Positions 31,482 through 40,317 of a DNA stretch of 64,000 bases are shown in pieces; position 1 is the stretch's first letter, and the number at the start of each line of letters is the position of its first letter. The stretch is from positions 128,001 to 192,000 of the forward strand of contig CAVPXI010000007.1 of the NCBI GenBank assembly GCA_963709585.1, given 5' to 3'. A program made the position numbers and the translations under genes. Under the pieces are notes generated by a model. That model ran no database searches and was not told where the DNA came from. It saw only the letters and a program-made list of their open reading frames with translations. This stretch comes from Candidatus Dormiibacterota bacterium (lineage in GTDB: Bacteria > Chloroflexota > Dormibacteria > Aeolococcales > Aeolococcaceae).

Positions 31482-31513
31482 CCGGTCGTCGCCGATTCAC
31501 CGGCGACGACCGG
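31482..31513 (+). terminator. Intrinsic terminator-like hairpin after cspA
   Basis: Perfect 13-bp stem CCGGTCGTCGCCG-ATTCAC-CGGCGACGACCGG. Confidence 0.75.
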
Positions 31514-31544
31514 AACCTCGTTTCGCCGTATAGAGTGGACTCTG

Positions 31545-31716
31545 ATGGCGGACGAACCTGATTCCGAAGCCGACGAGTCGCCTCCGGCGGACGACGAGCT
31601 TTCTGCTCGGCGCCACCGGCGTGGAGACTGAGGTCCTCGCCGAACTGGCTCGTGCGGAAGCGAGCATCCATGACCCGGACGGAGCGGCCGACGAGAGCGA
31701 TGGGGCTGTCGTCTGA
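31545..31716 (+). CDS. Possible small acidic protein (needs one base removed near 31623)
   Basis: MADEPDSEADESPPADDELSARRHRR plus ETEVLAELARAEASIHDPDGAADESDGAVV*; fills the gap between cspA and the next gene. Confidence 0.35.
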
Positions 31717-31763
31717 CGGTCACTAGCCCAAGCCGCCAGGCGCCGGAAACGGGGCGGCGAACC

Positions 31764-32741
31764 TTGCCCACCCCGGTTCGGCGAGTGCTGACCGGCGTGA
31801 TCGGCCTCGCCGGCATTGCCGCCGTCATCCTGTTCCTCAACCCGGCTCAGGTCGGGAGCGCGCTGGAGCATTTCCAACTGCTGCTCATCGCGCCGATCGT
31901 GCTGCTCTCGCTGGCGGTCTACATCCTCCAGGGGATTCGCTGGCATTTCCTGCTCACCGACGTCGGCACCAAGCTGCGCCTGCGGGACACGATCCTGATC
32001 AACCTCGCCGGTCAGACCATCACCGCGATCGTGCCCCTGGGCGATCTCACCCGGGCGGCGTTTGCAAGCACTGCCGACGGCACCGAGTTCGGCACCGTCG
32101 CGGCCACCGTCACCGTGCAAGAGCTCTCATACATGTTGTGGCTCATTCTTTCGGCGTTGCCGGCAATACTCGCGCTCGGGTACGGGCTCGCGGCAGTGGT
32201 CCCGGTCGCGATCGGGATCGCGCTGATCGTCATCGTGCTCACCGTGTCACCGGTGTTCTGCCGGTTCCACAACCTGGTGGCGCACATACCGTTTCTCAAC
32301 AAACTGCTCCCCGCCATCGACGAGCTGCAGCAGGAAACCTCCATGCTGCTGCATCGCACCGACGCACTTGCACTGTCGGTGCTCGACGCTGCGCGGGTCG
32401 TCGTCGCAGTCACCACCTTCTGGCTGGTACTGCAAGGGTTGGAGCCGGGAAAGATCGGCTGGTGGCAGGCAGCGTTCGTCCTCGCGCTGGCCACCGTCGG
32501 CGGTGCGGTGAGCCTGATACCCGGCGGGGTCGGCGCCAATGAGGCCAGCGTGGCCGCGCTGCTCATCTTTCTCGGGTTTCACGCGGGGAGCGCGGGCGCC
32601 GCGGCGATCATCCAGCGCGGACTCATGACCGGGCTGTCCCTGATCCTCGGATTCGCGGCGTATGCGCTGATCAACAAGCGGCTGCACCTCGGTGGAATCT
32701 TCCAGTTGTTCTCGCGGCGCCCAGCTCCCGCTCGCGCGTAG
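31764..32741 (+). CDS. Lysylphosphatidylglycerol synthase TM-region/flippase-like (UPF0104) membrane protein
   Basis: RWHFLL, P.GD..R, SLIPGGVGANEAS, RGL; about eight TM helices. Confidence 0.85.
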   Translation: MPTPVRRVLTGVIGLAGIAAVILFLNPAQVGSALEHFQLLLIAPIVLLSLAVYILQGIRWHFLLTDVGTKLRLRDTILINLAGQTITAIVPLGDLTRAAFASTADGTEFGTVAATVTVQELSYMLWLILSALPAILALGYGLAAVVPVAIGIALIVIVLTVSPVFCRFHNLVAHIPFLNKLLPAIDELQQETSMLLHRTDALALSVLDAARVVVAVTTFWLVLQGLEPGKIGWWQAAFVLALATVGGAVSLIPGGVGANEASVAALLIFLGFHAGSAGAAAIIQRGLMTGLSLILGFAAYALINKRLHLGGIFQLFSRRPAPARA

Positions 32742-32772
32742 CCCACCGGCACCGTCCACACTTTGCTCGACC

Positions 32773-35700
32773 GTGGACGCGACACCGATTGCAAAGATCG
32801 TGCCTCGGAGCCCCACCGACGGGCTCATCGAGCGCCCCGCGCTGGAGCAGCTGGTCACCACGGCGCGAAACCGTCGCCTGACGGTGGTCGTCGCCGAGGC
32901 GGGATTCGGCAAATCGACCCTGCTGGCGTCGTGGTGGGAAAAGGCGCCGTGCGCCTGGTACACCGCGGACCAGCGAGACCTGGACCTTCCCACCCTGGGC
33001 CGCCAGCTGAGCGATGCGCTGCGCCTTCGGGTCCCGGACATTCCCAGCGACGTGAGCTGGCTGGCGGAAGGCGCCGGGGGTCCCGAGCTCGAGCAGTTCC
33101 TTCGCGCTGACGCCCTGGCGGCTCAACTCGCGGAGATCCTGCACGAGCAGCTCTCCAGTGATCTGATCCTCGTGATCGACGACGCACACGAGCTGGCGGC
33201 ATCAAGCCCGTCCGCGCGGCTCATCGAGGCGCTGTGCCGGCATGCGCCTCCTCGCCTCCACCTGGTCATCTGCGGGCGGCGACCGCCGCCATTCCAGATC
33301 GAGCGGCTGAGAGGGCAGGGACAGCTCCTCGAAATCGACGGCAGTCAGCTCGCCTTCTCCGTCGAGGAGGTGGGTGAGCTGGTCGAGCGTGAGCTCGGTC
33401 TGAACGCCGAGGACATCGCCGCGGAGATTCATCGGATCGCCGGCGGATGGCCAGCCGCGGTCACCCTCGCGATCGAGGCGCTCAAGTCATCGCCACGAGA
33501 GACCTGGAGCACTGTCTTCGCGGGTCTCGACAAACCGGACGCACCGCTCTTCTCCTATCTGGCCGAAGAGGTCTTCGCACGACATCCCGACGCCGTGCGG
33601 GATCTGGTCAGCAAGCTCGCCCTCTTCGAGCGATTTACCCCTGAGCTCTGCCAGGCAATCGAACTCGAGGGCTCGCGATCGATCCTCGCCGAGCTGACCC
33701 GTCAGGGCCTCTTCGTCGAGAAGGGTCAGGACGGTTCATTGGCGCTGCGCCCGCTGATCCGCGACTACGCGCTCGAGTCGCTCCCGGTGCCCGCGGCGCT
33801 CGCGCAGGATCTCCGCGTCACCGCCGCCGCGTGGCTCGCCGCCACCGGCGCTGCCGGTGACGCGATTCAAGTGCTGCTCTCGGCAGGCGCCACCGACCAG
33901 CTCGCCGGCATCGTCACCACAGAAGGTTCACGGCTGCTCGCCGCGGGCCAGATCGCCACCGTGCTGCGCGCCTGTCGAGCAATACCCCCAGGGCTGCGAA
34001 CCGCCGAGATCGAGCAGCTGGCAGGAGAGGCACAGCAGATCCAGGGCGACTGGAGTGAGGCGATGGCCTGCTTTCAGCGTGCGGCCGCGGGTCGGGAGTC
34101 ACTCCCGGCCCAGCTCGCATGGCGGATCGGCGTGATCCACTATCTTCGCGGCGAGCCCGACGCAGCCCTGGCGGTCTATCAGCGTGGCGTCGATGATGCG
34201 AGCGCCGATCCCGTGGAGATGGCGCTCCTCCTCGCATGGATGTCCACGGCACACTGGATCCGCGGCGATGTCGAGCCGTGTCGAGAGCTGGCGACCCGCG
34301 CACTGGCCGCGGCGAATGCATGCGGTGAGCGTCGAGCGCTTGCCGCGGCGCACACGGTGATGGCGATGCTGGCGGCACTCGACGGAGACCGGCGTGGCAA
34401 CGACGCGCACTACCTGCTTGCGTTGCGCGCGGCCGAAGAGGCGCCGGACGTGCTTCAGGTGGTGCGTATCCGGACCAATCGCGGCTCCCACTTCATGGAG
34501 GAGGGTTCGTATGCCGAGGCGTTGCAGGAGCTCGACGTGGCGGTGCGCCTTGCCGAGCTGACCTCGTTCGCGAGCTTCCTCGCGCTGAGCCTGAGCAACC
34601 GCGGAGAGACAAAGATGCGGATGGGCCGCATCGATGAGGCGCTGGCCGACCTCGAGGCATCACGGGTCCGCTACCGGCAGATCGACTCGGACATGGTCGC
34701 GTACCCGCTGACGCTGATCGGCGAGATCTACAGCGAGCGTGGGAACCTCGTCCAGGCGCGCGCCCTGCTCGAGGAAGCAGTCGCGATCACCGAGGCCGCG
34801 GGCGATGTCCAGGGCGCGGTCCCGGCGCTCGCGTGCCTGGCCACCGTCGTCGCCGGCGAGGATCCCGACCGGGCGCGCTCGCTTGCCGACCGCGCCGTGT
34901 CCTACGGCACCGGCATGGCGTACGTTATCGCGCTCCTCGCAGCGGGGTGGGTCGCCGCCGCTGCCGGTGACAGCGCTCGCGGCCGTGCGCTCGCCACGCA
35001 GGCGGAGTTGGTCGCGCGGGCCCGCCACGACCGGGCGGGTCTCGCTGACGCGCTCACCCTTGCTGCGATGACGGCGGAGGATCCGCGCACCAGGAGCCGG
35101 CGCCTCGACGAGGCGGGAGCGATCTGGCGCGAGGTCGGGAACCCGCTCGGTGAGGCGAAGGTGGATCTTGTCCTTTCGTCGTTCGACCGCGGAGCAGGCT
35201 CGGTGGCGCTGCGACGCAAGGCGGAGCACCAACTCGAGGCACTCGGCGTGCGCACCGATCAGGGCGGCAACGTGGCCGCCGGACCGCTCGCATTCCTGGG
35301 CCCGGGCGATCGCGTGGCTGTGAGGATCCAGTCCCTTGGCGGCTTCTCGGTGCTGCGCGACGGGGAGCTGGTTCGAGTCTCCGAGTGGCAGTCGAAGCGG
35401 GCGCGCGAATTGCTCAAGCTGCTCATCTCAAGACGGGGACGGCCGGCGCCGCGCGGGTATCTCATGGAAACGCTGTGGCCGGGCGAGGACCCGGATCGCG
35501 TGGCCAACCGCCTCTCGGTGGCGCTGACCACGGTCCGGGGTGTGCTCGACCCGGAGCGACACTTTCCGCCCGAACACTTCGTGGTCGGTGACAAGGATGC
35601 GGTCGCACTCAATCTCGACGCGGTCGACATCGATATCGAGCGATTCCTGTCCGCGACGGCAGACGGGTTGGACTGCGTGCGGCGGGCCGATATCGCTCGC

Positions 35701-36063
35701 GGGCTGGGCATCCTCAGCGGTACAGCCGCCGTCTACGCAGGAGAGTTCCTCGAGGAAAACCCTTATGACGACTGGGCGGTGCCGCTGCGTGAGGAGGCAC
35801 GCGCCGCCTACGTGGCAGCGCTGCGCCTTCTGGCCCGACACGCCGGCGACCCCGATACGGCGGTAACCCACCTGCTTCGCATCCTGGAGACCGACCGATA
35901 CGACGAACAGGCGCATCTCGGCCTGGTGCACGCGCTGTCCGATGCCGGGCGGCACGGCGAGGCGCACCGCCACTACCTGAACTACCGCCGCGCGATGGAT
36001 GATCTCGGCGTCGAACCCTCCCCGTTCCCAGGCGGCCGTAGCGGCAGGGCGCCGGCGGTATAG
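32773..36063 (+). CDS. MalT-like STAND regulator: P-loop NTPase, TPR-like helices, C-terminal winged HTH and BTAD
   Basis: IERPAL, AEAGFGKSTLL, LVIDDAH, GGWPAAV; C-terminal IQSLGGFSV..DG...W.SKRARELL, LWP, GEFLEE.PYDDW, EQAH..L..AL...GR..EA. Confidence 0.88.
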   Translation: MDATPIAKIVPRSPTDGLIERPALEQLVTTARNRRLTVVVAEAGFGKSTLLASWWEKAPCAWYTADQRDLDLPTLGRQLSDALRLRVPDIPSDVSWLAEGAGGPELEQFLRADALAAQLAEILHEQLSSDLILVIDDAHELAASSPSARLIEALCRHAPPRLHLVICGRRPPPFQIERLRGQGQLLEIDGSQLAFSVEEVGELVERELGLNAEDIAAEIHRIAGGWPAAVTLAIEALKSSPRETWSTVFAGLDKPDAPLFSYLAEEVFARHPDAVRDLVSKLALFERFTPELCQAIELEGSRSILAELTRQGLFVEKGQDGSLALRPLIRDYALESLPVPAALAQDLRVTAAAWLAATGAAGDAIQVLLSAGATDQLAGIVTTEGSRLLAAGQIATVLRACRAIPPGLRTAEIEQLAGEAQQIQGDWSEAMACFQRAAAGRESLPAQLAWRIGVIHYLRGEPDAALAVYQRGVDDASADPVEMALLLAWMSTAHWIRGDVEPCRELATRALAAANACGERRALAAAHTVMAMLAALDGDRRGNDAHYLLALRAAEEAPDVLQVVRIRTNRGSHFMEEGSYAEALQELDVAVRLAELTSFASFLALSLSNRGETKMRMGRIDEALADLEASRVRYRQIDSDMVAYPLTLIGEIYSERGNLVQARALLEEAVAITEAAGDVQGAVPALACLATVVAGEDPDRARSLADRAVSYGTGMAYVIALLAAGWVAAAAGDSARGRALATQAELVARARHDRAGLADALTLAAMTAEDPRTRSRRLDEAGAIWREVGNPLGEAKVDLVLSSFDRGAGSVALRRKAEHQLEALGVRTDQGGNVAAGPLAFLGPGDRVAVRIQSLGGFSVLRDGELVRVSEWQSKRARELLKLLISRRGRPAPRGYLMETLWPGEDPDRVANRLSVALTTVRGVLDPERHFPPEHFVVGDKDAVALNLDAVDIDIERFLSATADGLDCVRRADIARGLGILSGTAAVYAGEFLEENPYDDWAVPLREEARAAYVAALRLLARHAGDPDTAVTHLLRILETDRYDEQAHLGLVHALSDAGRHGEAHRHYLNYRRAMDDLGVEPSPFPGGRSGRAPAV

Positions 36064-36100
36064 ACTGCGCCGCGATCCGGCAAATCCTGGAGGGGCCTCG

Positions 36101-37198
36101 ATGGGACTGGCGATCCTGCTGATCGGCACGCGGAAGGGCTTGATGGTCGCCCGTAGCGGCGACGATCGCCGCACGTGGGCGACGGACGACTTCCAGTTCC
36201 GCAACCAGGAGGTGTACTCGGTGGCGGTCGACACCCGCCACGACCCGCCGCGGATTTTTGCGGGCGTCGGGACCGGGCACTGGGGCCCGTTGCTGACCTA
36301 CTCCGACGATCTCGGGAAGTCATGGACCGAGCCGGAGGTGCCGCCGATCGGTTTTCCTGAGGGGAGCGATGCCTCGGTGGCTCGCGTCTGGCAGATCCAA
36401 CCGGCAACGGCTGATCAGCCGGATGTCGTCTATGCCGGTGTCGAGCCGCATGCCCTGTTCAGATCGGACGACCGCGGGCAGAGCTTTTCGCTCGTCGAAG
36501 GGCTCTGGCAACATCCCGACCGGCCAAGCTGGACCCCGGGCGGTGGCGGGGCGTGCCTTCACACCGTGCTCGTGCATCCGACCGACCCCGACGATGTGAT
36601 GGTCGTGATGTCGGCTGCGGGCGTCTATCGCACTCGAGACGGCGGGGCCACCTGGGAGCCCGCGAATCGCGGCATCCAATCGGCCTTCCTCCCCGAGGAT
36701 CAGCGCTTTCCGGTGTTCGGGCAGTGCGTCCACAAGGTGGCGTTCCACCCGGATCGCCCGCAGCGCCTGTTTGCCCAGAACCACTTCGGCGTCTATCGCA
36801 GCGAGGACCGTGGCGGCTCATGGACTCCCATCGAGACAGGACTACCGAGCAACTTCGGGTTTGCGCTGGTCGTCCACCCGCACCAGCCGGACACCCTGTA
36901 CAACTTCCCACTCAAGGCCGACGCCGAGCGCTTCCCGCCGGACGCAAAATGCCGCGTCTACCGGAGCGAGGACGCCGGGACAAGCTGGGAGCCACTGTCC
37001 ACCGGCCTCCCGAAGGATCCGTACTACGCCGCAGTCCTTCGCGACGCGATGGTCGCCGACTTTGGGAACCCTGCGGGTCTCTACTTCGGGACACGACTTG
37101 GAGAGGTCTTCGCCAGTCGTGACGACGGGGACAGCTGGTCGATGATCGCCAGCCATCTTCCGGACGTGCTCTCCGTTCGGGTTGCCGAGGTCGCGTGA
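36101..37198 (+). CDS. BNR/Asp-box beta-propeller (sialidase-like) protein
   Basis: LLIGTRKG; repeated S.D.G.[ST]W boxes; WTPGGGG..LH; GQCVHK; QNHFGVYRS. Confidence 0.88.
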   Translation: MGLAILLIGTRKGLMVARSGDDRRTWATDDFQFRNQEVYSVAVDTRHDPPRIFAGVGTGHWGPLLTYSDDLGKSWTEPEVPPIGFPEGSDASVARVWQIQPATADQPDVVYAGVEPHALFRSDDRGQSFSLVEGLWQHPDRPSWTPGGGGACLHTVLVHPTDPDDVMVVMSAAGVYRTRDGGATWEPANRGIQSAFLPEDQRFPVFGQCVHKVAFHPDRPQRLFAQNHFGVYRSEDRGGSWTPIETGLPSNFGFALVVHPHQPDTLYNFPLKADAERFPPDAKCRVYRSEDAGTSWEPLSTGLPKDPYYAAVLRDAMVADFGNPAGLYFGTRLGEVFASRDDGDSWSMIASHLPDVLSVRVAEVA

Positions 37199-37476
37199 CC
37201 TCGCGGCTGCTCCTGCCCGCGGCGCTGCGCCGCTATGCCGGCGAGCAGGCCGAGATCGAGATCCACAGCGGCACGCTGGGGGCCGCGCTCGATGAGCTTG
37301 CCGAGCGCCTTCCTCAACTGGAACGCCGGCTGCGCGACGAGCAGGGCCGGCTTCGACCCCACGTCCTCATGTTCGTCGACGGGGTGAGTGTGAGAACCGG
37401 CTCCCCAATGGACACGCCGGTGCCCGACGGCGGCGAGGTGTTCGTCGCCCCGGCGGTTTCGGGCGGAGACGGCTAG
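37195..37476 (+). CDS. MoaD/ThiS ubiquitin-like protein
   Basis: LPAALR..AG...TL..ALD.L....P.L...L.DEQG.LR.HV..FVDG...PAVSGG(DG); GTGA overlap with the upstream gene. Confidence 0.88.
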   Translation: MTSRLLLPAALRRYAGEQAEIEIHSGTLGAALDELAERLPQLERRLRDEQGRLRPHVLMFVDGVSVRTGSPMDTPVPDGGEVFVAPAVSGGDG

Positions 37477-37489
37477 GCGGCGTCTCCTC

Positions 37490-37620
37490 AGCCGGCGACC
37501 CATGTCGGCGCGCGACGGTGGGGTGCCGTCGTGCGTGGCGATAGCGGTGACGAAAACCGATCAGGAATCGAGAAGCGCCGGACCGGGGCCGAATCTAGCA
37601 TCACCGCCATGGACATCACC
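37490..37620 (+). repeat. Degenerate copy of 38450-38578 (AraC 3' end, promoter and first VOC codons)
   Basis: Shared blocks TGCCGTCGTGCGTGGCGA, ACCGATCAGGAATCGAGAAGCG and CTAGCAT.ACCGCCATGGACATCAC. Confidence 0.8.
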
Positions 37621-37641
37621 ACAGCGACTTTAGGAGTGACC

Positions 37642-37998
37642 ATGAGCGGCTCGTTCACCCAGGGAATCAAGACCGTGCTGCATCCCGTATCCGACCTGGA
37701 AAGGGCCAAGCCGGTGTACACCGCTCTACTCGGCCTACCCCCGAGCGCCGACGCGCCCTACTACGTCGGCTACGAGGCCGCCGGTCAGCAGATCGGGCTG
37801 GTGCCGGGCCGTGGACCGCAGGACAACGCCTCGCCGGTCGCGTACTGGCACGTGGCGGACATCGAGGCGAAGCTCGCCGAGGTGACCGCCGCGGGTGCCG
37901 CCGTGAAGGAGCCCGCCCGAGACGTTGGTGGCGGCCGTCTGGTGGCCACCTTCACCGACCCCGATGGCAACGTCCTCGGGCTGATTCAGGACCGATGA
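37642..37998 (+). CDS. VOC/glyoxalase family protein (in-frame alternative start at 37609)
   Basis: TTAGGAG RBS; PVSDLERAK..Y..LLG, IGLVP, YWHVADIE, DVGGGR.VA.F.DPDGN. Confidence 0.9.
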   Translation: MSGSFTQGIKTVLHPVSDLERAKPVYTALLGLPPSADAPYYVGYEAAGQQIGLVPGRGPQDNASPVAYWHVADIEAKLAEVTAAGAAVKEPARDVGGGRLVATFTDPDGNVLGLIQDR

Positions 37999-38111
37999 GG
38001 GGAGGAGCGGGCCTCGTCAATCCACCGCCGCAGAACCTGTGTGACCAGTTCGTACGGCTGGCGGGGCGTGCTCAACGGGTCAAGCGGGCCCGACGTGGCA
38101 GGATCTCGTGA

Positions 38112-38561
38112 GTGACCAGCACCCCCGCCGCGGCGCAGCATCTGCGCGACCTCGCCCGGCTGCGCCGTGTCCGCGACCGGATCGACCGGGACTACGCGCA
38201 GCCGCTGGACGTTAAGGCGCTCGCCCGGAGCGCGCACATGTCGGCCGGACACCTCAGCCGCGAGTTCAAGCTCGCCTACGGCGAGGCGCCGTACGGCTAC
38301 CTGATGACGCGACGCATCGAGCGCGCGATGGCCCTCCTGCGTCGCGGCGACCTGAGCGTCACCGACGTCTGCTTCGCAGTGGGTTGCTCGTCGCTCGGGA
38401 CCTTCAGCACTCGCTTCACCGAGCTGGTCGGCGTGTCGCCCAGCTCCTACCGGCGTCACGAGGCGCGCGCGACCGTGGGGATGCCGTCGTGCGTGGCGAA
38501 ACAGGTAACCAGACCGATCAGGAATCGAGAAGCGTCGGTCCCCGAGCCGCAGCTAGCATGA
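38112..38561 (+). CDS. Single-domain AraC-family regulator
   Basis: LRRVRDRIDRDYA.PLDV.ALA..AHMS.GH.SR.F...YGE.P; SVTDVCFAVGCSSLGTFSTRF. Confidence 0.92.
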   Translation: MTSTPAAAQHLRDLARLRRVRDRIDRDYAQPLDVKALARSAHMSAGHLSREFKLAYGEAPYGYLMTRRIERAMALLRRGDLSVTDVCFAVGCSSLGTFSTRFTELVGVSPSSYRRHEARATVGMPSCVAKQVTRPIRNREASVPEPQLA

Positions 38562-38566
38562 CCGCC

Positions 38567-38980
38567 ATGGACATCACGATTCAGTCGACCTTCCTCCCAC
38601 ATGACGATCCGGACGCTTCCCTGACCTTCTATCGGGACACCCTCGGCTTCGAGGTCCGCAACGATGTTGGATACGGCGGGTTGCGCTGGATCACGGTCGG
38701 CCCCGCCGACCAGCCCGACACGTCCATCGTCCTCGAGCCGCCGGTCTCCCCGGGGTGCGGCATTACCGAGGACGAGCGGCGCACCATCGCCGAGATGATG
38801 GCCAAGGGCAGCTACGCCCACATCGTCCTGACCACGGCCGACCTCGACGGTGTCTTCGAGCGCCTGCAGGCCAGCGGCGCCGAGGTCGTGCAGGAGCCGG
38901 TCGAGCAGCCGTACGGGGTTCGCGACTGCGCCTTCCGCGATCCCGCGGGCAACCTGATCCGCATCAACGAGCCGCTCTGA
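38567..38980 (+). CDS. VOC/glyoxalase family protein
   Basis: MDITI..TFLP..DPDASL.FYRDTLGF, RWITVG, QEP.EQPYGVRDCAFRDPAGN; TAGCAT 7 nt upstream suggests a leaderless start. Confidence 0.92.
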   Translation: MDITIQSTFLPHDDPDASLTFYRDTLGFEVRNDVGYGGLRWITVGPADQPDTSIVLEPPVSPGCGITEDERRTIAEMMAKGSYAHIVLTTADLDGVFERLQASGAEVVQEPVEQPYGVRDCAFRDPAGNLIRINEPL

Positions 38981-38993
38981 GCCATCCGGCGGA

Positions 38994-39791
38994 ATGACCC
39001 CAGCGAGAGCTCACCATCTGGAGGTGGAGGGCGTCGGCCCGGTCGAGGTGGGGCTGGCTGACGACGGCACCGGACACCCGTTCCTGCTCCTCCACGGCGG
39101 CGCAGGGCCTCAGTCGGTGGCCGCGTTCGGGGCGCTGCTCGTCACCCGCAGGCAGGCTCGGGTGATCATCCCAACCCACCCGGGCTTCGGGGCCACGCCG
39201 CGGCCCGACGGCCTTGACAGCATCGCGGGCCTCGCCCGTGTCTACACCGCACTGCTCGACCGGCTGGACGCCCAGCACGTCACTGTCGTCGGCAATTCCG
39301 TGGGGGGCTGGATCGCCGCGGAGATGGCATTGCTCGCCTCCCCGCGGATCAGTGGTGTGATCCTCGTCGATGCGGTCGGCATCGAGGTTGCCGGGCATCC
39401 GGTGGCCGACTTCTTCGCGCTGACCCTCGACCAGGTGGCGCAATTCAGCTACCACGATCCCGACCGTTTCCGGATCGACCCGACGAGCATGTCCGACGCG
39501 CAACGGGCTGTCGTCGCCGGCAACCGCTCCAGCCTGGCGACGTACGGCGGGCGCTCGATGACCGATCCGAGCCTGCGCGGCCGCCTCGGAAATATCACAG
39601 CGCCGACGCTGGTGCTCTGGGGAGAGAGTGATCAGATCGTCGACCCGGAATACGGTCACGCATACGCCGCCGCAATCCCCGGCGCGACATTCATCCTGCT
39701 CAGCGCCACCGGTCACATGCCGCAGCTCGAGACCCCCGAGCAGCTGCTGGCTCCGATCGGGGACTTCGCAGAGGCCACGGCCTCGCGCTGA
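38994..39791 (+). CDS. Alpha/beta hydrolase
   Basis: LLLHGG, HPGFG, GNSVGG nucleophile elbow, WGESD, GHMPQLE. Confidence 0.9.
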   Translation: MTPARAHHLEVEGVGPVEVGLADDGTGHPFLLLHGGAGPQSVAAFGALLVTRRQARVIIPTHPGFGATPRPDGLDSIAGLARVYTALLDRLDAQHVTVVGNSVGGWIAAEMALLASPRISGVILVDAVGIEVAGHPVADFFALTLDQVAQFSYHDPDRFRIDPTSMSDAQRAVVAGNRSSLATYGGRSMTDPSLRGRLGNITAPTLVLWGESDQIVDPEYGHAYAAAIPGATFILLSATGHMPQLETPEQLLAPIGDFAEATASR

Positions 39792-39834
39792 CCGGCTCAG
39801 CCGGCGTTCGTCGAGTAGATCAGCCTAGCAACGA

Positions 39835-40221
39835 TCAATCGGCGACGCCGTCGATGGTCACCTCGAACAGCGGACTCGACTCGATCATGGTGTCCACGTC
39901 GTCGCGCTTCCAGATGCGCGCGATATGGGGCAGTACCTCGCGGCGTTCGGCGTCGTCGGTGATGACTTTCGCGGTCGCCGCGAGATCCGCCTTGACCGCT
40001 CCCTTGAGATGGAACGTGAAGTGCGGATTGGCGGTGAGGTTGGCGATGTAGCTCCGCTTGAACCCCGGCATCCCGCTGATGTAGAGGCGGCCGCCGACAT
40101 TGTGGAAGACGATCTCAATGCGGCGCGGTTCGCCGGTCTTGCGGCCGGTCGTGGTGATGTCGATGCGGTCGCCGTGGTCGAGTGCATCACGGATCGGCTG
40201 GCTGAGTTGTGCGGTGCTCAT
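39835..40221 (-). CDS. Deazaflavin-dependent nitroreductase-like (split beta-barrel) protein
   Basis: ITTTGRKTGEPRRIEI.F; ANLTANP. Confidence 0.8.
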   Translation of the reverse strand: MSTAQLSQPIRDALDHGDRIDITTTGRKTGEPRRIEIVFHNVGGRLYISGMPGFKRSYIANLTANPHFTFHLKGAVKADLAATAKVITDDAERREVLPHIARIWKRDDVDTMIESSPLFEVTIDGVAD

Positions 40222-40317
40222 GGTTCTTCCCCGGTGCGGTCTCCGCTCGGATGGCAATTGCGGTCCCAGCGTAGACGGACCGGTCCTGGAGACGCGTTGT
40301 GCCATCGTCCCAGCGCC

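Noticed and set aside
32773-37476. STAND plus Ubl as an antiphage system (Avs or Bil type)
   Set aside because: The STAND protein ends in HTH-BTAD rather than a nuclease or other effector, and no E1/E2/JAB genes are adjacent
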